DNA from: Nemertoderma westbladi
Lineage: Eukaryota; Animalia; Xenacoelomorpha
Direction of reading: 5' to 3'
Assembly (NCBI GenBank): GCA_032718475.1
Contig: JAUCBJ010004614.1
Location: 1 to 64,000, forward strand
Length of the DNA: 64,000 bases
Under the pieces are notes generated by a model. It did not search any database. It was not told the DNA's origin and saw nothing but the letters and a program-made list of their open reading frames with translations. Both the position numbers and the translations under genes were made by a program. Each line of letters begins with the position of its first letter. Positions within the stretch are counted from its first letter, which is position 1. This document shows, piece after piece, positions 10,906 through 23,656 of this stretch.

Positions 10906-13900
10906 TTATCTATATTTCCTCCATCGATATTTCCCCCATCTATATTTCCCCCATCTATATTTCCCCATCTATATTTCCCCCATCTATATTTCCCCCATCT
11001 ATATTTCCCCCATCTGTATTTAGATTTACCCATCTATATTACCCCATCTATATTTCCCCCATCTATATTTCCCCATCTATATTTCCTCCATCTATATATT
11101 TCCCCCATCTATATTTCCCCATCTATATTTCCTCCATCTATATTTCCTCCATCGATATTTCCCCCATCTATATTTCCCCCATCTATATTTCCCCATCTAT
11201 ATTTCCTCCATCTATATTTCCCCCATCTATATTTCCCCATCTATATTTCCCCCATCTATATTTCCTCCATCTATATTTCCCCATCTATATTTCCTCCATC
11301 TATATTTCCCCCATCTATATTTCCCCATCTATATTTCCCCCATCTATATTTCCTCCATCTATATTTCCCCATCTATATTTCCTCCATCTATATATTTCCC
11401 CCATCTATATTTCCCCCATCTGTATTTACCCATCTATATTACCCCATCTATATTTCCCCCATCTGTATTTCCCCATCTATATTTCCCCATCTATATTTCC
11501 CCATCTATATTTCCCCCATCTATATTTCCCCATCTATATTTCCTCCATCTATATTTCCCCCATCTATATTTCCCCCGTCTATATTTCCTCCATCGATATT
11601 TCCCCAATCTATATATATATTTCCCCCGTCTATATTTCCTCCATCGATATTTCCCCAATCTATATATATATTTTCCCCATCTATATTTCCCCCATCTGTA
11701 CTTCCCCATCTATATTTCCTCCATCTATATTTCCCCCATCTATATTTCCTCCATCTATATTTCCCCATCTATATTTCCCCCATCTATATTTCCCCATCTA
11801 TATTTCCCCCATCTATATTTCCCCATCTATATTTCCCCATATATATTTCCTCCATCTATATTTCCTCCATCTATATTTCCCCCATCTATATTTCCTCCAT
11901 CTATATTTCCTCCATCTATATTTCCCCCATCTATATTTCCTCCATCTATATTTCCCCCGTCTATATTTCCTCCATCGATATTTCCCCAATCTATATATAT
12001 ATTTTCCCCATCTATATTTTCCCCATCTGTACTTCCCCATCTATATTTCCTCCATCTATATTTCCCCCATCTATATTTTCCCCATCTGTACTTCCCCATC
12101 TATATTTCCTCCATCTATATTTCCCCCATCTATATTTCCTCCATCTATATTTCCCCATCTATATTTCCCCATATATATTTCCTCCATCTATATTTCCTCC
12201 ATCTATATTTCCCCCATCTATATTTCCCCATATATATTTCCTCCATCTATATTTCCTCCATCTATATTTCCTCCATCGATATTTCCCCAATCTATATATA
12301 TATTTTCCCCATCTATATTTCCCCCATCTATATTTCCTCCATCTATATTTCCCCCATCTATATTTCCCCATCTATATTTCCCCCATCTATATTTCCCCCA
12401 TCTGTATTTACCCATCTATATTACCCCATCTATATTTCCCCCATCTGTACTTCCCCATCTATATTTCCTCCATCTATATTTCCCCCATCTATATTTCCTC
12501 CATCTATATTTCCCCCATCTATATTTCCCCATCTATATTTCCCCCATCTATATTTCCCCATCTATATTTCCCCATATATATTTCCTCCATCTATATTTCC
12601 CCCATCTATATTTCCCCCATCTATATTTCCCCCATCTGTATTTACCCATCTATATTACCCCATCTATATTTCCCCCATCTGTATTTCCCCATCTATATTT
12701 CCCCATCTATATTTCCCCATCTATATTTCGCCCATCTATATTTCCCCATCTATATTTCCTCCATCTATATTTCCCCCATCTATATTTCCCCCGTCTATAT
12801 TTCCTCCATCGATATTTCCCCAATCTATATATATATTTCCCCCGTCTATATTTCCCCCATCTATATTTCCCCATCTATATTTCCCCCATCTATATTTCCC
12901 CATCTATATTTCCCCATATATATTTCCTCCATCTATATTTCCTCCATCTATATTTCCCCCATCTATATTTCCTCCATCTATATTTCCTCCATCTATATTT
13001 CCCCCATCTATATTTCCTCCATCTATATTTCCCCCGTCTATATTTCCTCCATCGATATTTCCCCAATCTATATATATATTTTCCCCATCTATATTTCCCC
13101 CATCTGTACTTCCCCATCTATATTTCCTCCATCTATATTTCCCCCATCTATATTTCCTCCATCTATATTTCCCCATCTATATTTCCCCCATCTATATTTC
13201 CCCATCTATATTTCCCCCATCTATATTTCCCCATCTATATTTCCCCATATATATTTCCTCCATCTATATTTCCTCCATCTATATTTCCCCCATCTATATT
13301 TCCTCCATCTATATTTCCCCCATCTATATTTCCCCATCTATATTTCCCCCATCTATATTTCCCCCATCTATATTTCCCCATCTATATTTCCTCCATCTAT
13401 ATTTCCCCCATCTATATTTCCCCCGTCTATATTTCCTCCATCGATATTTCCCCAATCTATATATATATTTCCCCCGTCTATATTTCCTCCATCGATATTT
13501 CCCCAATCTATATATATATTTTCCCCATCTATATTTCCCCCATCTGTACTTCCCCATCTATATTTCCTCCATCTATATTTCCCCCATCTATATTTCCTCC
13601 ATCTATATTTCCCCATCTATATTTCCCCCATCTATATTTCCCCATCTATATTTCCTCCATCTATATATTTCCCCCATCTATATTTCCCCCATCTATATTT
13701 CCCCCATCTATATTTCCCCATCTATATTTCCCCCATCTATATTTCCCCATCTATATTTCCTCCATCTATATATTTCCCCCATCTATATTTCCCCCATCTA
13801 TATTTCCCCCATCTATATTTCCCCCATCTATATTTCCTCCATCTATATATTTCCCCCATCTATATTTCCCCCATCTATATTTCCCCCATCTATATTTCCT

Positions 13901-15077
13901 CCATCGATATTTCCCCCATCTATATTTCCCCCCTCTATTTCCCCCATCTATATTTCCTCCATCTATATTTCCCCCATCTATATTTCCCCCATCTATATTT
14001 CCCCCATCTATATTTCTTCCATCTATATTTCCCCATCTATATTTCCCCCATCTATATTTCCCCATCTATATTTCCTCCATCTATATATTTCCCCCATCTA
14101 TATTTCCCCCTCTATTTTCCCCCAACTATATTTCCCCCGTTTATATTTCCCCCATCTATATATATATTTCCCCATCTATATTTCCCCCATCTATATTTCC
14201 TCCATCTATATTTCCCCCATCTATATTTCCCCCATCTATATTTCCTCCATCTATATATTTCCCCCATCTATATTTCCCCCATCTATATTTCCCCCATCTA
14301 TATTTCCCCCATCTATATTTCCCCCATCTATATTTCCTCCATCTATATATTTCCCCCATCTATATTTCCCCCATCTATATTTCCCCATATATATTTCCCC
14401 ATCTATATTTCCCCCATCTATATTTCCCCCATCTATATTTCCTCCATCTATATTTCCTCCATCTATATATTTCCCCCTTCTATATTTCCCCCATCTATAT
14501 TTCCCCCATCTATATTTCCCCCATCTATATTTCCTCCATCTATATATTTCCCCCATCTATATTTCCCCCATCTATATTTCCCCCATCTATATTTCCCCCA
14601 TCTATATTTCCCCCATCTATATTTTCCCCATCTATATTTCCTCCATCTATATTTCCTCCATCTATATATTTCCCCCATCTATATTTCCCCCATCTATATT
14701 TCCCCCATCTATATTTCCCCCATCTATATTTCCTCCATCTATATATTTCCCCCATCTATATTTCCCCCCTCTATTTTCCCACAACTATATTTCCCCCGTT
14801 TATATTTCCCCCATCTATATATATATTTCCCCATCTATATTTCCTCCATCTATATTTCCTCCATCTATATATTTCCCCCATCTATATTTCCCCCATCTAT
14901 ATTTCCCCCATCTATATTTCCCCCATCTATATTTCCTCCATCTATATATTTCCCCCATCTATATTTCCCCCATCTATATTTCCCCCCTCTATTTTCCCCC
15001 AACTATATTTCCGCTCTCTATATTTCCTCCATCGATATTTCCCCCATATATATTTCCCCCATCTACATTTCCCCCCT
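10906..15077. repeat. Satellite array of 14-15-bp unit CCATCTATATTTCC(C/T), ~4.2 kb
   Basis: Directly visible tandem repeat with variant units (CCATCGATATTT, CCGTCTATATTT, AATCTATATATATAT); longer blocks are duplicated (e.g. 11813-12040 recurs at 12890-13117). Confidence 0.98.
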
Positions 15078-15944
15078 CGCGTGGCCGTGTTTCAGGTACA
15101 TCAGCTCACTGTTTCTCGAATTTGTTCAGAATTTCCCGATTTTCCCTTGAAGTTGCTTGTTGATATGGATATTTCATATTTGTATTCTATTACGTTTGTA
15201 TAAGCGAATTATTAGGAAGCTACGATTTATAATATTTTAAACTGTTTCATATTATTTAGCCGATATTATTCCTTAGTTTGGTACATTGCATGGGGGATTA
15301 TTTTGGGATAGTTTATATATTTCCGGTTATTTTTATAGGTAAAATGCTTTGTGCGAATAGATAACAATGATCTGACCGGTGCGCCACTGGTATCATTGGG
15401 ATTTTTACCCAGTGAACGAATTCTACACTGTACAGGTTGATGATGTATATTGAAATACTGAGTACCTCGATCAGTTGGAATTAATCTCGTGTGACAGATA
15501 TGATAATTATCTTGTAACCCATAAATCGCCTATATGGTTAACATAAATTTAAACAATTTGTAAAATAACTTTTATTCTTAAATTGTTACTTTTTGACGTT
15601 AAAATTGAGTACATTTTTTCATTAGGTGAATAACGTAACCCATAGGTCGCATTGATTTTACTTTTTCCCCGGCTCAAGAAAAAAGTTAAATAAGAATAAA
15701 TGTGAAAATATTTTGGTGGAATTTCTTAAATTTTATTATATGTGTTGAAAGAGCATTGTTTGCAAGTAATTTGAGTAAAATCCATTGTAACGTTAGAAAC
15801 ACAATATCAATATCTAATATTGGCTTATATAGTTAGTTTTCTAGTTACGTAATAAATATTCGAGAACACTAAATTATCTAACATTGAGTGAGGTGCAGTA
15901 GCATCAAGAGTTGAAGAATACAGTAATTTGAATCAGTCGGGTGT

Positions 15945-16609
15945 GTGTCCTAAGACAATGGAGTGGGATATCATATACAGGTATTAACTAATCACTCAAA
16001 GGAAAGTACGGCATACGGGGCAACAGTGGTTTCTAAAACACTGTATATAGATATTATTTGAGGCATGGTTGCCGTAATATTGCAAGAGCACGGGTCAGAG
16101 GCGTAAGGAAGGGGGGGGGGGGGGGGGGGCGATCCCCCGGGCGCACTCACCCAGGGGCGCTGAAATGTCAGGGAATTTTCATTGATACAGTATTTACAGT
16201 ATATGTGTCATAAGCGAAAAAGTGGACACTTTTTCTCGGCTCTCTTCGCACGCCATTATATATATTATTTATAAGTGCACTGTATTAAACTTGTGTGAAA
16301 TAGATTTGATATCGTTATACAGTATACTGTTAGATATATAATATGTAAGAAAACAACGTCATAAAATAAAAGTTAAAATTATTGAAGGTAGGGGGGGGGG
16401 GGGGGCGCCATCTCAGCTTCATTCCCCTGGGTGCCAGAAGGGCTCGCTACGCCTCTGCACGGGAATAATGTTGTTAATATACAATAATAATGTTATAATA
16501 ATAATGTTACTTTCCTTTAAGTGATTAGTTAAAGGCCAAAATATGATATCCCACTCCATAGCGAATAAATTGGTCTTCCGTGCTGCTAGCTCAGTTGTCT
16601 TAGGACACA
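15945..16609. mobile_element. TIR element containing a nested MITE
   Basis: TGTGTCCTAAGACAA / TTGTCTTAGGACACA and TGGAGTGGGATATCATAT...TAACTAATCACT...AAAGGAAAGTA mirrored at ~16507-16560. Absent from the paralogous region near 61.3 kb. Confidence 0.55.
16096..16457. mobile_element. hAT-like MITE
   Basis: CAGAGGCGTA ... TACGCCTCTG terminal inverted repeats, poly-G subtermini, near-duplicated flanks CACGGG(T/A). Confidence 0.65.
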
Positions 16610-16660
16610 TAATCGGAAGTTTGAAACCTAGGTACCGGGTTCGAACCCCAATAGGGTCGG
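16583..16660 (+). mobile_element. tRNA-derived SINE head (degenerate)
   Basis: Box A-like TAGCTCAGTTG and box B GGTTCGAACCC at tRNA-like spacing; no intact cloverleaf. Confidence 0.4.
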
Positions 16661-17602
16661 TTGATATTTTTCGCTATGGAGAGTATTATCATATTGTGGG
16701 GTGAGTCAAAACTGCGAGCCATCAGCGAACAGTTATAATTATACTAACGATGGCCATTTGCCAAAAGTCTGTGTATTATAATTGTTCGCAAGATGGCTTG
16801 CAGCTTTTGCTGCACGAGGGCCCCACTAGTGTTATATTACATTATAAGTAATTTGAGTCGGAGTAACTATGGAAGTAATATAGTAAAATACTAATACTAG
16901 TTAAATTTATTTTTTAACACTTAATCGCTCTATATCTTAAAACAGAGTTATGCAACAAAAAGCACAAATTTAAGAATAAAATTCCGTATTACATTGGAAA
17001 AAATGTAGAATATTTTTTTCAATATTCTCAACCCTTTTTTAACCTCGCTGGCGCTCGGTAATAAAATACCTTAATAGTGAAACTGAAAACAGGTTCTATA
17101 TTTTTCCGTTGTTTTTGACTAAGATTTTTGAATCACAATAATTTATTATACTAAACGAACATCCCCACCCCTCTGTTGAAATATTGATAATACAATATGC
17201 TAGCTGTTACATCATGCACCCTCAGTCGACCAGGTACTAAACTGCTCGATATTTGTTTAGTTAGTTATCACAGCAGCTCATCGGCCAACAATTATGTAGT
17301 TGACTGAATGTTTTGAAAATTACGGAAAATTTTACTAGAGTGACTACTAGAGTAGAGAGACTACTGAATCATGTTTTTGCAGTAGACACGCTGTCTAATA
17401 CAGCATCATTAACAATTGTTATTATAGTATCATAGGCGTATCACATAGACAACATAATAATTTTTTTCACCAATACCCAAAACCTCGACAATTATTATTC
17501 CACATTAACAATGAATGTTAATAATATCTAATAATTTGATAATATTAATATTTATTCTATTATATTCTTCTGTCTGTTGCTCCTATAACACATCTATCTC
17601 TG

Positions 17603-17932
17603 TTACGGGGCCTTTTTCTTTCTTCTATCTCTATGCAGGGCTGTTTCGCCAAATGATGCACTTTTAGGGCTTCTTCTCTCTGGGCCTGATTTCCCTGTTT
17701 TAGGATTTCCATCTGGATCCGGGTCTGTTTCGCCAGAACCTTTTGTTTTCGATCTTCTATCTCTATCCAGGGCCGCTTCTCCAAAAGCTGCTTTAGCTCT
17801 TCTATCTATAGACAGCGCCCGTTTTTTAGATCTTCTATCGATATCCGAGGCCGTGTTGATTAAAGCTTCTGCCAATACAGCTATACATAGGCCTACCACT
17901 AGAACCGCCATCATTGTCCCCTTTTCCCCCAT
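17603..17932 (-). CDS. Putative secreted prepropeptide-like protein, paralog 1 (109 aa)
   Basis: TTTTTAG|GTG acceptor at 17942/17941; hydrophobic signal-like MMAVLVVGLCIAVLAEA; repeated ...DRR/ERR dibasic motifs; reading frame preserved in paralog 2, including an in-frame 18-bp indel. Confidence 0.62.
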   Translation of the reverse strand: MGEKGTMMAVLVVGLCIAVLAEALINTASDIDRRSKKRALSIDRRAKAAFGEAALDRDRRSKTKGSGETDPDPDGNPKTGKSGPERRSPKSASFGETALHRDRRKKKAP

Positions 17933-18288
17933 TCTCTTCACCTAAAAATAGATTATGAACAGTATTTATGCATAGATAGACCCCATGTATGAATGTACAG
18001 AGCTATTGAACTGAATACTTTGACCAGAAATATAAAGGATCCCAGGTGCGGTGCTTAACCCAAGGAGACCCAGATGCGCATATCGCTTCTATTTGAAAAG
18101 GGATAGTAAAAGTGTCTGAAAATCAATCAGAAAATCTGAAAAATAGGCGGTCTATTGAAATATTACGATTTTTCTGCGGAAACTTTAGACTGAATGAGTT
18201 TTATTTGAAAAAGATAACTTACAGTTTTAGGCAAGTACATGGCACCAAAATGAGTGATTTATAAGTATTTATTTACTTTAAGGTAAAC

Positions 18289-18870
18289 TTGTCAATTATC
18301 TCCTTGGAGTCAGCTAGACGACTGTGGTTTTCAGTTGTGTACCCTTCAGTCACATACGGTTACGAAGTTTTCCACAATCCAGACGACATCCCCACCGTCG
18401 ACCATGTGTACCGTGTAAGAGGATTTTTCTGGAAGCTATGGTGCATGGTGAGCAAATTCGCCTCACAACAGCCATCCTCAGGGCCGTTGATAATCCGAAC
18501 TCTATCTCGGACGGTGAGAGAGATAGACCTCGCCTGTCTGTCCGGCCTCCGTCGTAGAGCTGCAGCCCAGATGTTATCCAATGGATACCACCAGAAAGTC
18601 TGCTGTGCAGCTAACTGTTGGCGCCCGAAAGACATATGTATATGCTGGCTCTGTCGTCATCCCGCAGTAGATAAAGACCACTCGAAAACCTGTTCAGCCA
18701 TATGCTCCTTCAGCTTGGACCTCAGACTTGCCCTATTCCTCCTCTGTCTTAAAAATCCGGACCCCAGGATTTATAAATGAAGGAATTATTTTATTTTATC
18801 AAGTTTTTACCCCGTTAAACTAGGTTAACCTTAGTTATATCGCATTTTGTTTTTAATAAATATATTTATT
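18289..18870 (+). mobile_element. 5'-truncated non-LTR retrotransposon (LINE) 3' fragment
   Basis: LWFSVVYPSVTYGYEVF resembles the RT thumb LY..V.P.L.YG.E.W motif; C-terminal CWLC...H...C zinc-knuckle-like motif; AATAAA-containing tail. Absent from paralog 2. Confidence 0.5.
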
Positions 18871-19789
18871 AATAATGTATGTGTGCTTTAAATTTTACTA
18901 CTGTATATATCCATGAAGGATAATACAATCTTTTCGCTCATAAGTATTTATCAGCCATATCGCATCGCTATCAAAAATAATTGCTTATTGTATAGGCATT
19001 GCGAGGTAGTTTGGTAGAATCTAATACTAAAGCTGAGAAACATAATATAATATTTTTGTTATTTTTTTTGTATCCCAAACGCCGAATACTGCTTAACAAC
19101 GATTTACGTGATGATTGTGCGTTCCAGTTCCAGAACAGTGCCGAACAGTGCCGTGTAGATTATTGACGTAGTGTAGGGTACAGTATTTACAGTCAATCCT
19201 ATTTACCGTATTTTAGGCCCTAACGTAAAACACAACGAAATTCTCAATCAATGCAAACGATACTTTTTGGTTGCAGTGTTTGAAATATTTTTGAGGTCAA
19301 AAATTCTGGTGGGAGAAGTTACATCTGTTACTGTACAGTAGTATCCCGGGAGAGAGGCAGCGTTAATAAACTTTCTATATTTGTACAGTAGTAGGCCGAC
19401 TACCACCAAAATGACAATAACAATGATTGCTGTAAATGATCAGACAAATTGGCGTTGCTCTGAAAAATAGATTGGTAACTCCTGTATCTAGAAGTGAATG
19501 GTTCAGTTAATATATACTGTATATTCAATCTAATGTTGCTACGTAAAAAAACGCGTACCCTACTATTGGTATTTTGGTACAGATGAAATGCGAATTAATT
19601 TTTGATTTCCCCACCTCCTCAACTACAGTATTAAGTCGGTAAAATACCAATCATTGTTAAATAAGCATTCATTTTGTTGAACATTTTCCGATATACTGTA
19701 GACATATATTTATGAATCATCTTAATTGAGTGTAGGCCTACAACTCGCGAGAAAGAGAGATAAATACCTTAAATCTCAACAGTTACAAA

Positions 19790-20100
19790 AAATATTATTG
19801 TCATATTATTTGAAAATACCGCCATATTTCCCATAAAGGTTTGAGAGAGTCTAGTGTTCCAGAAACTTGTACTATCCTTCTTTCAACATGCCCCACCCAT
19901 ATGTGTCGCCTACATACAGTAGATGTTTCCGGGCTCCCGGACTATAAGTCCAACCTTTTCTGGAGGTTTCCTTGAAGACTTCACTGAAATTTTTCCCAAT
20001 CACTCTCGTATAAAATTCCTTAAATAATTTATTTAAAGTTTCTTAATTTTGTAAGGAAGGAAGGAAGTGCTTCCTCTTGATTTGTGTGCGCGGTATATCG
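19790..20100 (-). promoter_or_regulatory. Conserved upstream block of paralog 1 (candidate promoter / first exon)
   Basis: Near-identical to ~62945-63225 while neighbouring intronic sequence diverges. It contains ATG GCG|GTATTT (19825-19820), which would splice in frame to the 17941 acceptor. Confidence 0.4.
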
Positions 20101-21861
20101 GGCCCACAGTATATATATTAATTTAGGATAATATATTCGCAACATCTGGAGTTTTAGGACATACAGCCATTCTCATTAATAAGACAATACAGTACAGTAT
20201 GTATGATGATTAGGCCTATGATGTAACATAATACTGCACCCACCGTAAATATTCCGCCCACATAGCGAAATAACAGCTGTATAATACTTGGGTACACCCG
20301 GTGTAACTGACAATTTAAATTAAAATGAATCGTTTTCGATTATACCAGTACGCCTAAATGCAACTGCTGTACAAGTATCAAATTATTATTAATATTACAT
20401 ACTGTATTATCTTATTGATAATAATTGCTGAAACTCCAGATGTGTCGAATACAGATTATCCTAAATGCAAAACAACATTCCTGATAAATATTCCTACTGT
20501 ACATAAATATATATAAATAATATTCTCAGATGTGGGAGGAGACCGATTAAGGTGTTTAGACCTTTAACAGTTTAACCTGTTATTTTACGTGTCTTATATT
20601 GTTTGCTAGTCCGTACAAAGTCAGACAACAGTAGAAGACAGTCTTGCGCGGCGTATGACCCATCGTGTGTGGGAGACTGAATTTTGAGACTGAATTTTGG
20701 TTGCGCACAAGACTGTAAATTTTTTTTTATGGCGTTTCGATCACGGGGTCACTGAAAAATAGCGATTCCCCGATTTTAACTCGTCGAGTATGCACCAACT
20801 TTTTTATTTGGGCTATTCAGTCATTTGAGCAACATCTTTGAGCCTCAGAATCTTTTCAAATATCGCCAATCTCGCACAGAACGTCGCAAAAATTTGTTAG
20901 TCCGACAAAAAAACGCACTAATTCGTCTAAAAGAGTAAATTATTGGTTGCAGAATAATATGATTCAACTAGAATAGCCAGCCAGCTGTAGGGCTGTAAGG
21001 AGACCGTCCATATAGACAAACGTAGTGTAGTTGGGTGCCTCATCATTCATTATCATCAACCTATAAAACATTTGAACGGCCTTGGGCTCTATTGGCCCTG
21101 GCTCACTGGAGATGAATTTTCAGTCCACCTACCAACTCGCCCCCACCCCCATCTATATAATCCCTTGGTTTCTCCTATTGGATATTGCTTCTGGCAAACA
21201 ATCCCTAAATTGGCTCCCCCTCATTTTGTTAGTTTAGAACGCATAGCGGGGTGAATCCGCTAACACTCCCCCCATGCTATCTTCCCGGTTGGAAGATAGC
21301 ATCCAACGTAAAGTGCGCTCCATTTCTGGGGAATCCGATCTATTATCGGATATGGGATGGGATTAACTTCACCAGGGCCAGTTTCCCAAGCTGGCCCCAC
21401 TGGGTCTGATGTTACTACCCAACCTTGGCACTCCTGCGAGCTATGGTGAGCCAAGGTATGCGTCGCGTCTCTATTTAGATGACCGCCTACTCCTCACACA
21501 ATTTTATATTGGGATACCGTAGGATCTGCTCTGTCGGATCCCAACTTCCTCACTCCCCACATATCTCCATAGTCCCATTGGACTCAGCCTCATCCCCTAC
21601 TCGCTCCTCATATTGTCCTGGATGTCACAGCTCACTCTTATTGGTTTCCCATAGTCTCACACATGAGGACTTTACACGTGATAAATGGGATCCGTCTATT
21701 GTCTCGTCCTCGTGTTTAGTCAGTAAGTCCCTCCTCCCAATAGCTAGTTGAGAAACGTTATATCTGACATCCGTAGTACGTACTTAATGTTTCTATTCTA
21801 ATAATTTGGAACTTACTTATTGCACTGATTTTATTGCATTACATAAGTTAATTGAAGTAAG

Positions 21862-23656
21862 TCAGAAATAAAATCTTATTAATGGGTGGTGCCTTCTAGG
21901 CACATCGCTGTCAACAACTCTGTATAAATGAAGGATAATAGCTTGCGATGATCTATGTATCTCGATCATCGATCTACAGTATGTATCTCCACGTACGGGT
22001 TGAATAAACCGCATCGAAAATCTTGGGCCCTCACCCTGGTCGACGTCATTGCACCACCGTTCGCTTCCTCCTCGAACCAATGGAATTTCTGTTCGTCATA
22101 CAATGCGTGAATCACAGTGTTTTTTGTAGTGCCTGCAGTAATTGCATCACACACACCTGTGATGTAGCTCCAGGCATGCACCTAGGGTGTGGCTCGTCTC
22201 ATGGCAATATGTGCACTTCGTTCCCGCTACAAAATGATATAAACAGTTTTTCCTCAATTGTGTCTGCCTCCCACAATAACAGCACTCGTATATTTTCGTG
22301 TGCATCCTGAACTGGTCCTTTTGCGTGCTGGAACGCTTGGTTCTGAAACATTTGGTATGTAAATATATCCACAGCCCTGTTACAGCCCAAGTAAATTTCC
22401 ATCTCTCTCCTCGGCGGTACCTCACCGAATACCATCTGCTGTGCCATACCTAGTTGCTCCCCCAACATGATCGTAGCCGCTGGCAAGTCATGAGCCGATT
22501 TGTGCGCCCAAGCCTAACCGCTTTGTACGTCCCAGAATTCCTTCACTGCACTGGCTGTCAAATCCCTCCAATCGGTGTCCGTTTGTCCCAGCATCTTGTT
22601 CGTTGGCATTTCCCCAAACTCATTCTCATCAATATTCTCAATCGGTGGCATCTCCCCGAACCCACCTTCTTCCATCCTCTCCCCTGGGGGGGGGGGGGGG
22701 GGGGCGGTGGTGGTTCCAGGCCTGGTATCGATGCATTCTCCGCTCCCATTTCCTTGTATTTCTCTTCGAGCCAGCTCCTGCCTGAAATCATCTGCGCCTC
22801 CTCCGGATAACTCACCATCCACCTTTCTCCCTCGTGATACTGATACTCGCTTGACACATCCGAGTTCCACTCCAACTTGTCGAGGTTCTGCTCACCAAAC
22901 TCACATCCTCTACCCATTCTGTTCCCCCGGGACCCTTCTCTCCCTCCTGGCTGCCTCTTCCCCCCTCCATATCTCCTCCCACTCCATCTCCTCCTTTGCC
23001 AAATTCTGGCCAGGTGTGTCTACATTCATGTCCACAAGATGTCGGCTATTCTAGTATACTGACTCGCCCTTTCGCCCCAGCTGGTCTTCTAGACTGCCGA
23101 GAGCTACATTCAAAGCTCTCCTGTTGTGGTGCAGTGGTGATCCTCCAAGTAGAAATGCCGTTGGTTGTTTATCAATGACCACTGTCATGAACAGGTTTAG
23201 CAACCCGATCATCAACCAGTCCAACTGTAGAATTTACCTCTTCTGGTACAACCGAATGGTACCCATCCGGAAGTAGTACAAATCGTCTTGTCTTGGCCTC
23301 ATGTCCCACTTCAACAACCACAGTGTGCCCATAGTGTCCCCATTGCACCATGCAGTAGTGTCCCCTGTTCTCACCAATCCCAACCCCTACGGCTTTGTCA
23401 TAGCCATATAGACTACTTCATATACATTGACGTCACTATTTGACTTCTCCTTAACCAGTTGCTGCATGGACTCTGGCAAACGATCTAGTTGGGGCCCCTC
23501 CCTTGTCTCGTATGTGCCCAAGTCAAACAGAAGAATGTCTCCGTTCAGTGCCGCCATATGTAGCAGTATGGTCTTTACTGGTCCCATTGGGAACTTGCTC
23601 AGGTACTCGTACTCCTCCATAGGCGCGACGGCGTCCCGTATGTTCTCACCAGCCAA
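21862..23656 (-). pseudogene. Fragmented ORF of unknown function inside the LTR-like element
   Basis: Chain of same-strand ORF pieces (23387-23656, 22558-22917, 22514-22870, 22199-22486, 21966-22181) broken by stops and frameshifts, one at a homopolymer run; no recognisable RT, integrase or protease motif. Confidence 0.35.

Noticed and set aside
11491-14755. Many 'GKYRW / GGNID' repeat ORFs
   Set aside because: Translations of the 14/15-bp satellite with constant frame switching; no coding evidence.
10906-15077. Telomeric repeat / chromosome end
   Set aside because: Internal position with unique DNA on both sides; the unit is variable and unlike TTAGGG-type repeats.
17560-17784. Alternative-frame ORF MEKRPWIEIEDRK... 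(also 62125-62325)
   Set aside because: No ATG start (begins at TTG) and no signal peptide; a shadow frame of the DRR-repeat gene.
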